Source of the DNA: Candidatus Woesearchaeota archaeon
Lineage (GTDB): Archaea > Nanobdellota > Nanobdellia > Woesearchaeales > UBA10216
Length of the DNA stretch: 64,000 nt
NCBI GenBank assembly: GCA_016192915.1
Contig: JACPTF010000002.1
Coordinates: 67,530-131,529 of the forward strand
Reading direction: 5' to 3'
Shown here: positions 38,453 to 48,349 of the stretch, piece after piece
Position numbering within the stretch: position 1 is the stretch's first letter
How the letters are laid out: each line of letters starts with the position of its first letter
The notes under the pieces: generated by a model
What the model saw: only the letters and a program-made list of their open reading frames with translations
Databases searched by the model: none
What the model was told of the DNA's origin: nothing
Made by a program: the position numbers and the translations under genes

Positions 38453-41164
38453 ATGGAAGACGAAGCCAGAATAGACTACAACAAGATAGCCCAAAAGTGG
38501 CAGAAGAAATGGGCAGATTCTGGAATATTCAAGGTAAAGGAAGACGCTAAGAAGAAGAAATTTTTTCTGTTGGAGATGTTTCCGTACCCGTCGGGAAGCG
38601 GGCTTCACATGGGCCACGTTCGAAACTACGCTATTGGCGACTGCTACGCCAGATACAAAAGAATGAGGGGATTTAACGTTCTTTACCCTATGGGTTATGA
38701 TGCTTTCGGGCTGCCGGCAGAAAATGCGGCCATAAAAAACAAGGTTAACCCGAAAAAGTGGACAGAAGAAAACATGGCCCTTATGAAGTCGCAGCAGAAG
38801 CTGCTCGGGCTAAGCTACGACTGGGACAGGGAACTTGCAACCTGCTATCCAGAATATTACAAATGGAACCAGTGGATATTCCTCAAGATGCTGGAGAAAG
38901 GGCTTGCCTACAAGAAAAAGGCTGCTGCAAACTGGTGTCCGAGCTGCAAAACAGTACTTGCCAATGAACAAGTGCACGAGGGAACATGCTGGAGATGCCA
39001 CAGCCCTGTTGAGCAGAAAGAACTTGAGCAGTGGTTCCTAAAAATAACAGCATACGCAGACCAGCTCCTTAACGACCTTGACAAGCTTGGAAACTGGCCT
39101 GAACGGGTAAAGGTAATGCAGAAGAACTGGATTGGAAAGAGCGAGGGCGTGGAGATATTCTTTCCTGTTGACGGGATGAAAAAGGCAATGCCTACTTTTA
39201 CAACAAGGCCTGACACAATATTCTCTGTAACTTTTGTTGTTTTGGCACCAGAACATTCGCTTGTCAGCGAACTCACAAAGGGCACGAAACATGAAAAAGA
39301 GGTTGCAGAATTCGTGAAAAGCGCTATAAGGGAAAGCACAATTGACAGATTGAATGAAGAGAAGGAAAAGAAAGGTGTGTTCACAGGGCGTTACGCCATT
39401 AACCCTGCCTCAAAGGAAAAAATACCAATTTGGGTTGCAAACTTTGCGGTAATGGAATACGGTACAGGAGCAGTAATGTGTGATGCCCACGACAAAAGGG
39501 ACTTTAAATTTGCAAAGAAGTATGGAATACCACTCAAAATTGTAATAAGGCCTGCTGACAAGCCTGATTTTAGCGTCGAACAGCTTTCAGAGGCTTATAC
39601 CGAAGCTGGCATAATGATTAATTCTGACCAGTTTAACGGTCAGACAAATGCTGAAGCGTTACCGAAGATTGCAGAGTGGCTTGTGAAAAATAAGAATGCT
39701 AAGAAGGTTACAAACTACAAGCTCCGCGACTGGCTCATATCAAGGCAAAGGTATTGGGGCACGCCAATCCCTATCATATACTGCAAAAAATGCGGAATAG
39801 TGCCTGTGCCTGAAAAAGAGCTGCCGGTTATGCTTCCGGAGCCTGAAAAGGCAAAGTTTACTGGCGAAGGCAATCCTCTCAACAGCTGCGGCGAGTTTGT
39901 TAACGTAAAGTGCCCAAAGTGCAAGGCTAACGCAAGGAGAGAAACGGACACGATGGACACTTTTGTAGACAGCTCGTGGTATTTCCTCCGTTATTGCAGC
40001 AACAAAGAACAGAAAATGCCGTTTGACAAAAAGGCAGCAGAATATTGGATGCCTGTAGACCAGTACATTGGCGGGATAGAGCACGCTGTGATGCATCTTC
40101 TTTACGCGAGGTTTTTCACGAAGGTGCTAAGGGACTTTAAGCTGGTTGATGTAGCTGAGCCTTTCAGCAACCTGCTATGCCAGGGAATGGTTCTAAAAGA
40201 TGGGGCGGTCATGAGCAAGAGCCGCGGCAATGTTGTTGACCCGAGGGAAATAATTTCCAAATACGGGCCTGACACGGCAAGGATGTTCATACTGTTCATG
40301 GCCATGCCTGAAAAAGAGCTCGAGTGGTCGGACAAGGGTGTGGAGGGGAGTTTTAGACTGCTAAGGAAGATTTATTCCCTGGCAACGAAGAAGTTGAGTT
40401 ACGGCAGCGGGAAAGAGCTGACATCCAAAGATAAGCAAGTTCTGAGCAAGACACACTCGACGATAAAGAAAACAACAGAGCTTGTTGAGGAATTCCGGCT
40501 GAATGCCGCAATAGGGGCTGTTATAGAGATGGTAAACGTGCTTTCAAAATACGGCGATGGGCAGGTTAATAAGCAAGTTTACAGTGAAGCCCTTAAAAAT
40601 CTTACACTGCTCATTTCGCCGTTTGCACCGCACATTGCTGAGGAGCTGTGGGAGATTCAAGGCCGCAAAGGATTCATATCATTGCAGAGCTGGCCAGAAT
40701 ACGAAGAAGAGAAAATAGACAAAGAAGCGGAAGCAATGGAACAGCTTTTTCACACAACGCTTTCGGATTTTGAGACTGTGTTGCAGCTGGCGAGGATAGA
40801 AAAACCAAAAGAAGTTGTGCTCGTTGTCGCGCCAAGCTGGAAATACGAGCTGGTGAGGATTTTGAAAGAGGAGCTGACAAAGACAAGAGACCAAAGGGCG
40901 CTCATAAGCGCATGCCTTGCGGAAAAGGACCTGAAGCCACACGGAGAGGAAGTAGCCAAGATAGTGCAGGCAGTGCTGAAGGACCCGGCGAAGCTGCCAG
41001 AAACAGTAATTGACAGGGAAAAGGAGCTTGAGACTTACAATTCAGCAAAGGATGAGATTGAAAAGGATTACAAGGCCAAGGTAGTTATTTCCGATGCGGA
41101 CACGTCAAAAGAGCAGAAGGCAAGGCAGGCAATGCCCGGGAAGCCTGCAATAATAGTCAAATAA
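38453..41164 (+). CDS. leuS: Leucine--tRNA ligase (archaeal type)
   Basis: 903 aa; HMGH (HIGH-class) and KMSKS-like motifs; CP1 editing domain. Confidence 0.95.
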   Translation: MEDEARIDYNKIAQKWQKKWADSGIFKVKEDAKKKKFFLLEMFPYPSGSGLHMGHVRNYAIGDCYARYKRMRGFNVLYPMGYDAFGLPAENAAIKNKVNPKKWTEENMALMKSQQKLLGLSYDWDRELATCYPEYYKWNQWIFLKMLEKGLAYKKKAAANWCPSCKTVLANEQVHEGTCWRCHSPVEQKELEQWFLKITAYADQLLNDLDKLGNWPERVKVMQKNWIGKSEGVEIFFPVDGMKKAMPTFTTRPDTIFSVTFVVLAPEHSLVSELTKGTKHEKEVAEFVKSAIRESTIDRLNEEKEKKGVFTGRYAINPASKEKIPIWVANFAVMEYGTGAVMCDAHDKRDFKFAKKYGIPLKIVIRPADKPDFSVEQLSEAYTEAGIMINSDQFNGQTNAEALPKIAEWLVKNKNAKKVTNYKLRDWLISRQRYWGTPIPIIYCKKCGIVPVPEKELPVMLPEPEKAKFTGEGNPLNSCGEFVNVKCPKCKANARRETDTMDTFVDSSWYFLRYCSNKEQKMPFDKKAAEYWMPVDQYIGGIEHAVMHLLYARFFTKVLRDFKLVDVAEPFSNLLCQGMVLKDGAVMSKSRGNVVDPREIISKYGPDTARMFILFMAMPEKELEWSDKGVEGSFRLLRKIYSLATKKLSYGSGKELTSKDKQVLSKTHSTIKKTTELVEEFRLNAAIGAVIEMVNVLSKYGDGQVNKQVYSEALKNLTLLISPFAPHIAEELWEIQGRKGFISLQSWPEYEEEKIDKEAEAMEQLFHTTLSDFETVLQLARIEKPKEVVLVVAPSWKYELVRILKEELTKTRDQRALISACLAEKDLKPHGEEVAKIVQAVLKDPAKLPETVIDREKELETYNSAKDEIEKDYKAKVVISDADTSKEQKARQAMPGKPAIIVK

Positions 41165-41166
41165 AA

Positions 41167-41958
41167 ATGAAAAAAGTAAAAAAGGCGCTTGTTGTATATT
41201 ATGCCAGAAACTACGGCACCCTCAACGTGGTAAAAAAGGCGCTGCAGAAAAACAAAATAGCCGCTTCCTACATTAAAAGGGAAAGTGAATCAGCAATAAA
41301 AAAAGCCGCCCTTAAAGCTGATTGTGCTGTTGTTGTTGGCGGCGATGGAACGCTGCTCAGGGCATCACACTTAATAGAAAGCACCCCTGTCCTTCACGTA
41401 AGCTCCAATTTGAGCATAAACGAAGCATTCTTTGCAAGGGCAACAACAAAAGACATAAGCAGGAAAATAAAACTCCTTACCAAAGGAAAATATAAGCTGC
41501 TGCCGCTGCTGAGGCTTGAAGCTGAAATTAACGGAAAAAAGCTCCCATTCAAGGCCCTTAACGAAGTCTATGCGGGCAGTAAGGAGCCGTATCACACCGC
41601 CCGATATAAACTAATAATCGGCAACAAGACAGAGGAGCAGAAAAGCTCCGGAATCCTGATTTCAACTCCTGCTGGGAGTTATGCGTGGGCAAGAAGCGCA
41701 GGGGGAAGAACCTTGTCGTTGACGGCAAAAAAGATGCAGTTTGTAGTAAGAGAGCCTTATGTTGGAAGGCTCACAAAACCGAAGATGACAAAGGGCGTTC
41801 TGAGCAGCAGCCAGAGCATAACGGTAATTTCAAACATCTGGGAAAGGCACAAAGGGATAGTTGTTGTTGATTCTTACAAAAAGAATTTTGGGTTTAACAA
41901 CGGGGACAAGCTTCTTGTAAAAGCCGCGAAGCAGCCTCTGAATCTGATGGGCTTTTAA
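41167..41958 (+). CDS. nadK: NAD kinase
   Basis: 263 aa; GGDGT motif (VVVGGDGTLL). Confidence 0.85.
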   Translation: MKKVKKALVVYYARNYGTLNVVKKALQKNKIAASYIKRESESAIKKAALKADCAVVVGGDGTLLRASHLIESTPVLHVSSNLSINEAFFARATTKDISRKIKLLTKGKYKLLPLLRLEAEINGKKLPFKALNEVYAGSKEPYHTARYKLIIGNKTEEQKSSGILISTPAGSYAWARSAGGRTLSLTAKKMQFVVREPYVGRLTKPKMTKGVLSSSQSITVISNIWERHKGIVVVDSYKKNFGFNNGDKLLVKAAKQPLNLMGF

Positions 41959-41969
41959 TATCTGTGGCA

Positions 41970-42884
41970 CTATTTACTAAAACGCAGCTGCAGCATCCTC
42001 TTTCCATAAAGCCATGCATAGCCAAAAAGGAACCCAAGCCTCTCGGCAGACTTTGACTTGCCCTCCTCCCGAAAGTTGTAAACAAAAGGAACTTCAGAGA
42101 TGCTAAATCCCGCATTCATGGCCCTGTAAAGAAGCTCGAGGTCAAACTCCCCCCACTTCGAAGGATACCTGAAGTCGAGCGCAAGCAGCTTCGCCCGCCT
42201 TATTGCATGAAAGCCGCCAGTCCAATCCGTAATTCCGTGACCCATCACAAAACGAATCACGCTGTTAAAAAGAACAGTAGCAGCCTTTCTTAAAAAAGGA
42301 GCTTCAATGCCTCCTCCAGCCATAAACCTTGAGGCTGAAACCATGTCAAGATTCTTATCAACAAGATTTTTTATAAGCTCAGGAACCTTGGAAGGAGGAT
42401 GGGATGCGTCAGCATCCATAATTACAACAAGATCGCCCCGTGCGACTTTAACGCCGTCCATAATGGCCGAAAATATGCCCCTTATGTTGTAACGGTGAAC
42501 CGCAGCAACCCTGCCAGACGCGGCGCTCTTATCAATAATTGAAGGTGTTTCGTCCCTTGAGTCGTCATCTACGACAATAATCTCAAAATAATTAATGCCT
42601 GCCGATTCAAGGCTTAAAGACAATGCTCCAATCAGCCTTCCAACATTACCCTCCTCATTATATGTGGGCACAACCACAGAAACAAAATGTTTATTGGCGA
42701 CAGCAGCCACTCTAGAGATGCCTTGCCGCAGCTCAGCTACTGAACCGGCTTCAATATTAACCTTGCCAGACTTGTAAGCGTATCTGGCCGCATTGGTGTC
42801 CTTGCCCGTTGCATTACTCATAATTTCTGGGATAATCCTAAAGTATAAAAATCTACCCACAGAAAAAACTAACAGTAATTTCAA
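41970..42884 (-). CDS. Family 2 glycosyltransferase (dolichyl-phosphate mannose/glucose synthase-like)
   Basis: VSVVVPTYNEEGN...VVDDDSRDET...DADASHPP GT-A fold motifs (DxD). Confidence 0.8.
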   Translation of the reverse strand: MKLLLVFSVGRFLYFRIIPEIMSNATGKDTNAARYAYKSGKVNIEAGSVAELRQGISRVAAVANKHFVSVVVPTYNEEGNVGRLIGALSLSLESAGINYFEIIVVDDDSRDETPSIIDKSAASGRVAAVHRYNIRGIFSAIMDGVKVARGDLVVIMDADASHPPSKVPELIKNLVDKNLDMVSASRFMAGGGIEAPFLRKAATVLFNSVIRFVMGHGITDWTGGFHAIRRAKLLALDFRYPSKWGEFDLELLYRAMNAGFSISEVPFVYNFREEGKSKSAERLGFLFGYAWLYGKRMLQLRFSK

Positions 42885-42993
42885 ACATCTGGGAAAGCCA
42901 CAAAGGCGTTGTCGTCATCTACTCCTACAAGAAAGAGTTCAGGTTCAACAATGGGGACAGGCTTATTGTCAGGGCTTCAAAGCAGTCGCTTAA
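42856..42993 (+). pseudogene. Duplicated 3' fragment of nadK (about 75% nt identity to 41822-41958), no start codon
   Basis: Translates in frame to VISNIWESHKGVVVIYSYKKEFRFNNGDRLIVRASKQSLNLM vs nadK C-terminus VISNIWERHKGIVVVDSYKKNFGFNNGDKLLVKAAKQPLNLMGF; flanks the minus-strand GT2 gene. Confidence 0.7.
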
Positions 42994-42995
42994 CC

Positions 42996-43841
42996 TTATG
43001 TGCCTGCGAGGCCGGCGTTATTATTTTCGTACTCTTGGAGTCTTCCCAATATCCCATCAAGTATTCTTTGGCGCGCTTCAGGCGGTCGCGGTGCACTCCT
43101 AATTCGCGCCTGCAGGTAAGCAAATCTCTCTAACAAACTGAGTGTTGTTTCCCGCCCACCTACAAAAAGCCAAGGATATCTTCGAGGAAAATTTTGCTTA
43201 ATGGATTCAGGCCTCATGCCAAGAATTCCGGCAATAACTTCTATATCCTTGACAACAACCTGGGGGTTTTGCAAGACGCTCACGTATTCAATTTTCGGGA
43301 CGGCAGTCTTGAGTTTAATTCTCGGGCCTGCTCCCGGGGCTTTTAAAACCTTAAAATTCTGCCTCGAATACTGAAACTCCAATGCCAGGGCTGTTTTGCC
43401 CTCTTGAGGTATGATTATTGAACCTAGAAGCGGCGGCGCATGTTCTGTTTCGGGCGTATAGCCAACAATCATAACTTCTGGCAATGAATCAAAGCCGAAC
43501 CTGAAATCTTTAACAGGAAGCTGCATTAAAACGTGCTTTTGCTCTTGCAGTGTGTTGTACAAAGCCACAGCAATGTCCTCTGTGAGCCTTTGAAATTCAA
43601 GGAACTTTTGTGAAAGCGTTGAGCCATCAGGCTGCCCACGCATGCGCAACGAATAAAGGCAGCGCCCGTATGGCATCTTAATCAGACGTGCTTCAGAATA
43701 AGCCATAAAAGGATTTTTAGGGTCAAAAGGCGCGCCAGAAGCCGAAACGTACCCCACACTATGAGAGGTAGTCGCAATTCTTTGAATTTCGGAGAGCTGC
43801 CCTTCAACTAAGTTTTCAAGCCGGACTGATAAGGGATTCAT
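42996..43841 (-). CDS. Hypothetical protein
   Basis: 281 aa; no recognisable motif. Confidence 0.5.
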   Translation of the reverse strand: MNPLSVRLENLVEGQLSEIQRIATTSHSVGYVSASGAPFDPKNPFMAYSEARLIKMPYGRCLYSLRMRGQPDGSTLSQKFLEFQRLTEDIAVALYNTLQEQKHVLMQLPVKDFRFGFDSLPEVMIVGYTPETEHAPPLLGSIIIPQEGKTALALEFQYSRQNFKVLKAPGAGPRIKLKTAVPKIEYVSVLQNPQVVVKDIEVIAGILGMRPESIKQNFPRRYPWLFVGGRETTLSLLERFAYLQARIRSAPRPPEARQRILDGILGRLQEYENNNAGLAGT

Positions 43842-43882
43842 TTACAGGACAATGGGTTGAGCAAATGCTTAAAAATGTTGTT

Positions 43883-43891
43883 TAAAAAAAA
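43883..43891 (-). terminator. Oligo-T terminator of the SRP RNA gene
   Basis: Run of 9 T on the minus strand immediately 3' of the SRP RNA terminal helix. Confidence 0.5.
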
Positions 43892-44170
43892 AGCGGGAGA
43901 CGCGCCTGAAAGTTGGTAAGGCTTGAACCTTTCGGTTTGCTCCGCCATCGCTCCTCTCCGCTACCCTCCAAGCGCAAACACTTACGATTCGTGCTGCTTC
44001 CTTCCGGACCTGACACTTTGACCATAAATGCTAACCCTGCAGGACAGAGACTCAACGCTTTAGCAAAGGCCTACAGGCCAATACCAGACCGCCCCTCAAG
44101 CTTCGGTCCACCCATGAAGCCCGTATGGTGCAACAGCGCAGGGCTGGCGCGCCAACCTAGTCTCCCGGCG
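43892..44170 (-). ncRNA. ffs: Signal recognition particle RNA (7S/SRP RNA)
   Basis: Minus strand carries GUCAGGUCCGGAAGGAAGCAGC (conserved helix-8 SRP54-binding motif) at 43994-44015. 5' GCCGGGAGAC pairs with 3' GUCUCCCGC (terminal helix 5). TATA-like aacctttaaa about 25 nt upstream; T-run downstream; no protein gene on this strand. Confidence 0.8.
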
Positions 44171-44201
44171 AAGGGTAATGAAGAAGTGGTTTTAAAGGTT
44201 T

Positions 44202-45134
44202 CTAAAATAGCAAAAGACTGCCATACCCAACAAAACACCCCGCAGCAATAAACGGCATGGCCGGGTAGAACTTGCCTCTCTTGCCTATCATCAGGAGCAC
44301 GGCTAAAGCTCCTGTGGCTGCAACTGGGATTATTAGCGCCTTGTACAACCCGAAGGTGGCCAAGGCAGTGCCTGCAAACAAGAGAGGGAAGCCAATATCT
44401 CCCCCACCAACAACAGCATAACTGCCAGAATCAGAATATTTATCGGCTTTAAGCTTCGGTTGTGAGGGCTTTGTGGAAGTAGATGATGATGTGATTGGTG
44501 AAACTGCAGACTTGGCAGAAAGCTTCTTTGGAACGAACAGGCCGGCAAAGATTCTGTTTTCTGTCTGGAACTTTGCCAGGGTTATCATGTGCTTGCTGTG
44601 GAAAACCGCGAAGATGTCGTAAGCGGCTATTATGAGCAACAGGATGGCAGCGGATTTGACGTTCATTACTGGAACAAAGATTGCTGCCATGCCGCCATAA
44701 ATGAAAAGCTCGCTAAGGTTATGGGCAAGGACATTTGGCCTAAAGACCTTGAAATAAGCCAGGGCTAAGGACAACACTGCTGCTGCCAAACTTGGAATAA
44801 AAGCCGAAAACGCGGCTGCAAGGGTTATCACAACAGCAAGGAAGAACCAAACCTTCCAAAGGGAGAGCTTTCGTAGCTTGATTATCAGCAGAAGCAGCAC
44901 GGTACCAATGGCGATAGCAGCCCCAAAAAAGAGGAAGGAGATGTCTGGGGCAATGCTGGGCCTCTCAACGCCATAAGGCAGCTGCCCGTAAACCACGACA
45001 GGCTTTCCGGCTTCCTTTGATGCCTGCTCAGAGGCGGCATCGTCAATATATGAGTGAACAACAAAAAGCCCGATAAACTGTGCAGCGAGGAAAATTGACA
45101 GAAGAACAGCCGAAACCTGCCATGAATGTTTCAT
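44202..45134 (-). CDS. Presenilin/signal-peptide-peptidase-like intramembrane aspartyl protease (A22 family)
   Basis: Multi-TM protein with YD (AAYDIFAVF) and GxGD (VGGGDIGFP) catalytic motifs and a PAM (PAL-like) motif near the C-terminus. Confidence 0.65.
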   Translation of the reverse strand: MKHSWQVSAVLLSIFLAAQFIGLFVVHSYIDDAASEQASKEAGKPVVVYGQLPYGVERPSIAPDISFLFFGAAIAIGTVLLLLIIKLRKLSLWKVWFFLAVVITLAAAFSAFIPSLAAAVLSLALAYFKVFRPNVLAHNLSELFIYGGMAAIFVPVMNVKSAAILLLIIAAYDIFAVFHSKHMITLAKFQTENRIFAGLFVPKKLSAKSAVSPITSSSTSTKPSQPKLKADKYSDSGSYAVVGGGDIGFPLLFAGTALATFGLYKALIIPVAATGALAVLLMIGKRGKFYPAMPFIAAGCFVGYGSLLLF

Positions 45135-45641
45135 GCTTTCACTGCGGCAAAGATTTATATAAAAAATATTCTACACAAAGAAAAAGTGGGAATTGCGCAT
45201 ACTGTTGCGATAAGGGTATTCTGCGGGCAGGAAGAAAACGAAAACGAGATAGTGAATGGGTTAAAATCTCTGCTCCCTTTTGACCTGGAGAAGGAGAAGA
45301 TATTGATACGGAGGCAGAACGCACTCGGGTTCAATGACAGAAAGATTGTAATATTTGAGGCTGTGCTGAACAAAAACAGGCACGTAAAGGCGTTTCTTGA
45401 AAACATTCTGGAGAAAGTTTCTGGACCTGACAAGCAGATGCTGCTGCGGCAGCTTGACTCACGAGTGGATGATGATGCAAACTTCTTCGTGAGGTTTGAA
45501 AAGGAGACGCTGGCAAAGCACAACGAACTTCTGGTAACCGATAACGGCAACTGCTACCATGTCAAAATAAAGATGGCTGCTTATCCAAGCAGCAAGCAGG
45601 CAGCCATAGCCGTAATGAAAGAAGTGCTGGAAAAGGCATAA
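45126..45641 (+). CDS. Conserved hypothetical protein (possibly RNA-binding)
   Basis: 171 aa; host-like GC; no recognisable motif; start uncertain (overlaps the divergent gene start). Confidence 0.45.
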   Translation: MFHAFTAAKIYIKNILHKEKVGIAHTVAIRVFCGQEENENEIVNGLKSLLPFDLEKEKILIRRQNALGFNDRKIVIFEAVLNKNRHVKAFLENILEKVSGPDKQMLLRQLDSRVDDDANFFVRFEKETLAKHNELLVTDNGNCYHVKIKMAAYPSSKQAAIAVMKEVLEKA

Positions 45642-45693
45642 AACCACAAACAATATATTCAGGCGCAAAACTTGCTCTTGTAAGGGTGTTTCT

Positions 45694-46518
45694 ATGGCAG
45701 ATGCTACGACTGTTGCAAAGCTAAAAGAAAAGGCAAAGCAGCTGCGAATTGAGTCAGTTAAGCTCGTTTACCAAGCTGGTTCAGGCCATCCCGGAGGCTC
45801 ACTTTCGGCAGCAGACATAATGGCCGCGCTGTTCTACCACCACATGAAGTACGACCCTAAAAGGCCCGACTGGCCTAGCAGGGACAGGTTCATACTGAGC
45901 AAAGGGCACTGCACACCACTTCTTTACTCTGTTTTTGCTGATGTCGGATACTTCCCCAAAGAAGAACTTGCAACATACAGGAGGCTCGGAAGGCTTACTG
46001 GACACCCAAACCCGAAGTTGCCTGGGGTTGAGATAGCAACAGGCTCGCTTGGGCAGGGGCTCTCTGTCGGGCACGGCATGGCCCTCGCCGGAAAGCTTGA
46101 CAAAAAAGACTTCTACGTTTACGTGCTGCTCGGCGATGGCGAACTGAACGAGGGGCAGGTCTGGGAGGCGGCAATGAGCGCTGCGCAATACAAATCTGAC
46201 CATTTGATTGCGCTAGTTGACAACAATAAAGTTGCGCAGGATAATTTAACTGCAAACCTGAAGAATATTGAGCCTGTTGACAAAAAGTTCGAGGCATTCG
46301 GCTGGCAGACATTCAGGATAAACGGTCATGACATTGCAGCAATAATTGACGCGTTGGCGGCAGCAAAGAAAATACGAGGTAAGCCTGTCATAATAGTTGC
46401 CGACACGATAAAAGGAAAAGGCGTTTCTTACATGGAAGGCAAGCCGGACTGGCACGGCAAGGCGCCAAACGAGGAATTGTTCAGGAAGGCAATGGAAGAA
46501 CTGGAAAAAGGTGGCTAA
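45694..46518 (+). CDS. tkt: Transketolase, N-terminal (TPP-binding) subunit
   Basis: 274 aa; GSGHPGGSLS and GDGELNEG TPP motifs; split transketolase typical of archaea. Confidence 0.9.
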   Translation: MADATTVAKLKEKAKQLRIESVKLVYQAGSGHPGGSLSAADIMAALFYHHMKYDPKRPDWPSRDRFILSKGHCTPLLYSVFADVGYFPKEELATYRRLGRLTGHPNPKLPGVEIATGSLGQGLSVGHGMALAGKLDKKDFYVYVLLGDGELNEGQVWEAAMSAAQYKSDHLIALVDNNKVAQDNLTANLKNIEPVDKKFEAFGWQTFRINGHDIAAIIDALAAAKKIRGKPVIIVADTIKGKGVSYMEGKPDWHGKAPNEELFRKAMEELEKGG

Positions 46519-47476
46519 AATGGGAGGAAATGCAACGACACCTGCAATGGCCGCAACGAGGGACGGCTACGGAAACGCGCTGCTGAAAATCGGCAGCGAC
46601 ACAAACATAGTAGTTCTTGATGCCGGAGTGTCAGATTCCACCAGAACGAATAAGTTTGCCGAGAAGTGGCCTGAAAGGTTCTTCAACATGGGAATAAGCG
46701 AGGGGGACATGGTCTGCACGGCGGCAGGACTGGCGAAGTGCGGCAAAACCGCTTTTGCAACCAGCTTCATATGCTTCCTTCTCGGAAGGTCAATGGACCA
46801 GATACTCGTTTCAGTAGCTTACTCAGACAGCAACGTGAAAATAATCGGAACGCATGCCGGATTAGCTATTGGAGAGGATGGCCCTACTGCGCAGGCAATT
46901 GGTGATGTTTCTTACATGAGGGCGATGCCGAACTTTATCGTGATTTGCCCTGCTGATGTTGTAGAGGCGGAGAAGGCGACACTTGCTGTTGCAAAAAGGA
47001 AAGGGCCTGCATATCTGAGGCTGGGAAGGCCTGCTGTCAAAACTATTTACGACGACAGCTACAAGTTTGAAATTGGCAAAGCATCTGTTGTTGCTGAGGG
47101 AAACGACGCTGCAATAATCGCTTCTGGAATAATGGTGCAGGAGTCAATGGCTGCTGCCGAGATTTTGAGGAAAGAAGGCGTTAATGTGAGAGTAATAAAC
47201 ATGTCAACGATAAAGCCGCTTGACAGAAAGGCGGTTGCCGAGGCTGCCAAAACAGGCGCGATAGTTACTGCTGAGGACCATAACATCTACGGCGGGCTGG
47301 GAAGCGCTGTGGCTGAAGTCATTGCTGAAGAAGGCCTCAACGTGAAGTTTGGCATGATGGGTGTCAAGGACCGATTTGCCGAATCAGACACGCAGAAAGT
47401 GCTTTTCAAGAAGTACGGTCTGGATGCGGAAGCGATAGCAGCTGCCGTGAGAAAAGCAGTTGTAGCGAAGAAATGA
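46511..47476 (+). CDS. tkt: Transketolase, C-terminal subunit
   Basis: 321 aa; pyrimidine-binding and C-terminal domains; overlaps the N-terminal subunit gene by 8 nt. Confidence 0.9.
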   Translation: MAKMGGNATTPAMAATRDGYGNALLKIGSDTNIVVLDAGVSDSTRTNKFAEKWPERFFNMGISEGDMVCTAAGLAKCGKTAFATSFICFLLGRSMDQILVSVAYSDSNVKIIGTHAGLAIGEDGPTAQAIGDVSYMRAMPNFIVICPADVVEAEKATLAVAKRKGPAYLRLGRPAVKTIYDDSYKFEIGKASVVAEGNDAAIIASGIMVQESMAAAEILRKEGVNVRVINMSTIKPLDRKAVAEAAKTGAIVTAEDHNIYGGLGSAVAEVIAEEGLNVKFGMMGVKDRFAESDTQKVLFKKYGLDAEAIAAAVRKAVVAKK

Positions 47477-47605
47477 TTTCGCACTATACGATATAGGCAC
47501 AAATTTAATAAACCGCCTTATAAATCTGGTTCTTATGTTGAAACGAAGTGATTGCCTTTGGGGGTAGCCGCTTTTTCTTAGATGCATCACCAAACTTAAG
47601 CCGAA

Positions 47606-48349
47606 GTGATTTTCGGTGGCAATAACAACCTTCGCATCGGGGTCCTCGGAGGAATAGGGCCGGAATCAACAGCTGTTTTCTACAGCAAGCTGATAGAAAA
47701 GCTACAGGCAATCGGACTTATAAAAAGCAACACAGACTTCCCGCAGGTAATCATAAACAGCATACCAGCACCTGAACTTATAAGCGGCAACCACAGAGCC
47801 ATCAAGCACTATGAAAAGGGGCTAAAAGAGCTGGACTCTTTCGGAGTTGACTTTATTGTTATGGTGTGCAATACTGTGCATCTCTTCCTACCTAGGCTGC
47901 AGCGCGGCGTTAAAGCAAGGATACTGGACCTGAGGGAAGCGGTTTATAAAGAGCTGAAGAATAGAAAAATCTCACGCATAGCTGTGCTAGCCACAGAGAA
48001 CACCATCAGGCTGCGGCTCTATGAGTTCGGTGACTTAATGACAATTCGGCTGGAAACCGCAGACATAAAAGCCCTAAACAACGCAATAATAAATTTCAAC
48101 ATCGGAAAGGAAAAAAACAAACAGCGGCTTACATGCGAACGCATTGCGGAAAAGTGCTATGACGAAGGGGCGCAGCTTATTGTCCTTGGCTGCACTGAGC
48201 TGGCAGTCATGCTGGGAAAGTGCAGACTCCCTTCCCTCAACACCATCGATGTTCTTGTGCATGCTGTCATCAGTGAATACAGGAATCATATTAACAATTG
48301 TATGAACCAACAATATTTAAATAGCAACAGAACGGAGGCAAGGGTATGA
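47606..48349 (+). CDS. Asp/Glu/hydantoin racemase family protein (aspartate racemase-like)
   Basis: IGVLGGIGPEST and VLGCTEL motifs (two catalytic Cys regions). Confidence 0.7.
   Translation: MIFGGNNNLRIGVLGGIGPESTAVFYSKLIEKLQAIGLIKSNTDFPQVIINSIPAPELISGNHRAIKHYEKGLKELDSFGVDFIVMVCNTVHLFLPRLQRGVKARILDLREAVYKELKNRKISRIAVLATENTIRLRLYEFGDLMTIRLETADIKALNNAIINFNIGKEKNKQRLTCERIAEKCYDEGAQLIVLGCTELAVMLGKCRLPSLNTIDVLVHAVISEYRNHINNCMNQQYLNSNRTEARV

Noticed and set aside
42793-42993. 66-aa ORF overlapping the nadK-like fragment
   Set aside because: It is in a different frame from the one that reproduces the NadK C-terminus. The homologous frame has no start codon, so the region is called a gene fragment rather than a CDS.
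43913-44251. 112-aa plus-strand ORF in the 43.8-44.2 kb gap
   Set aside because: Lies antisense to a well-supported SRP RNA gene. Pro/Ser/Arg-rich translation with no homology signal. Regarded as spurious.
47477-47605. Short direct repeat gaagtgatt (47540, 47600; also 16070) between tkt and the racemase gene
   Set aside because: Only 9 nt and A/G-rich. Likely chance or SD-like spacing. Insufficient to call an element.
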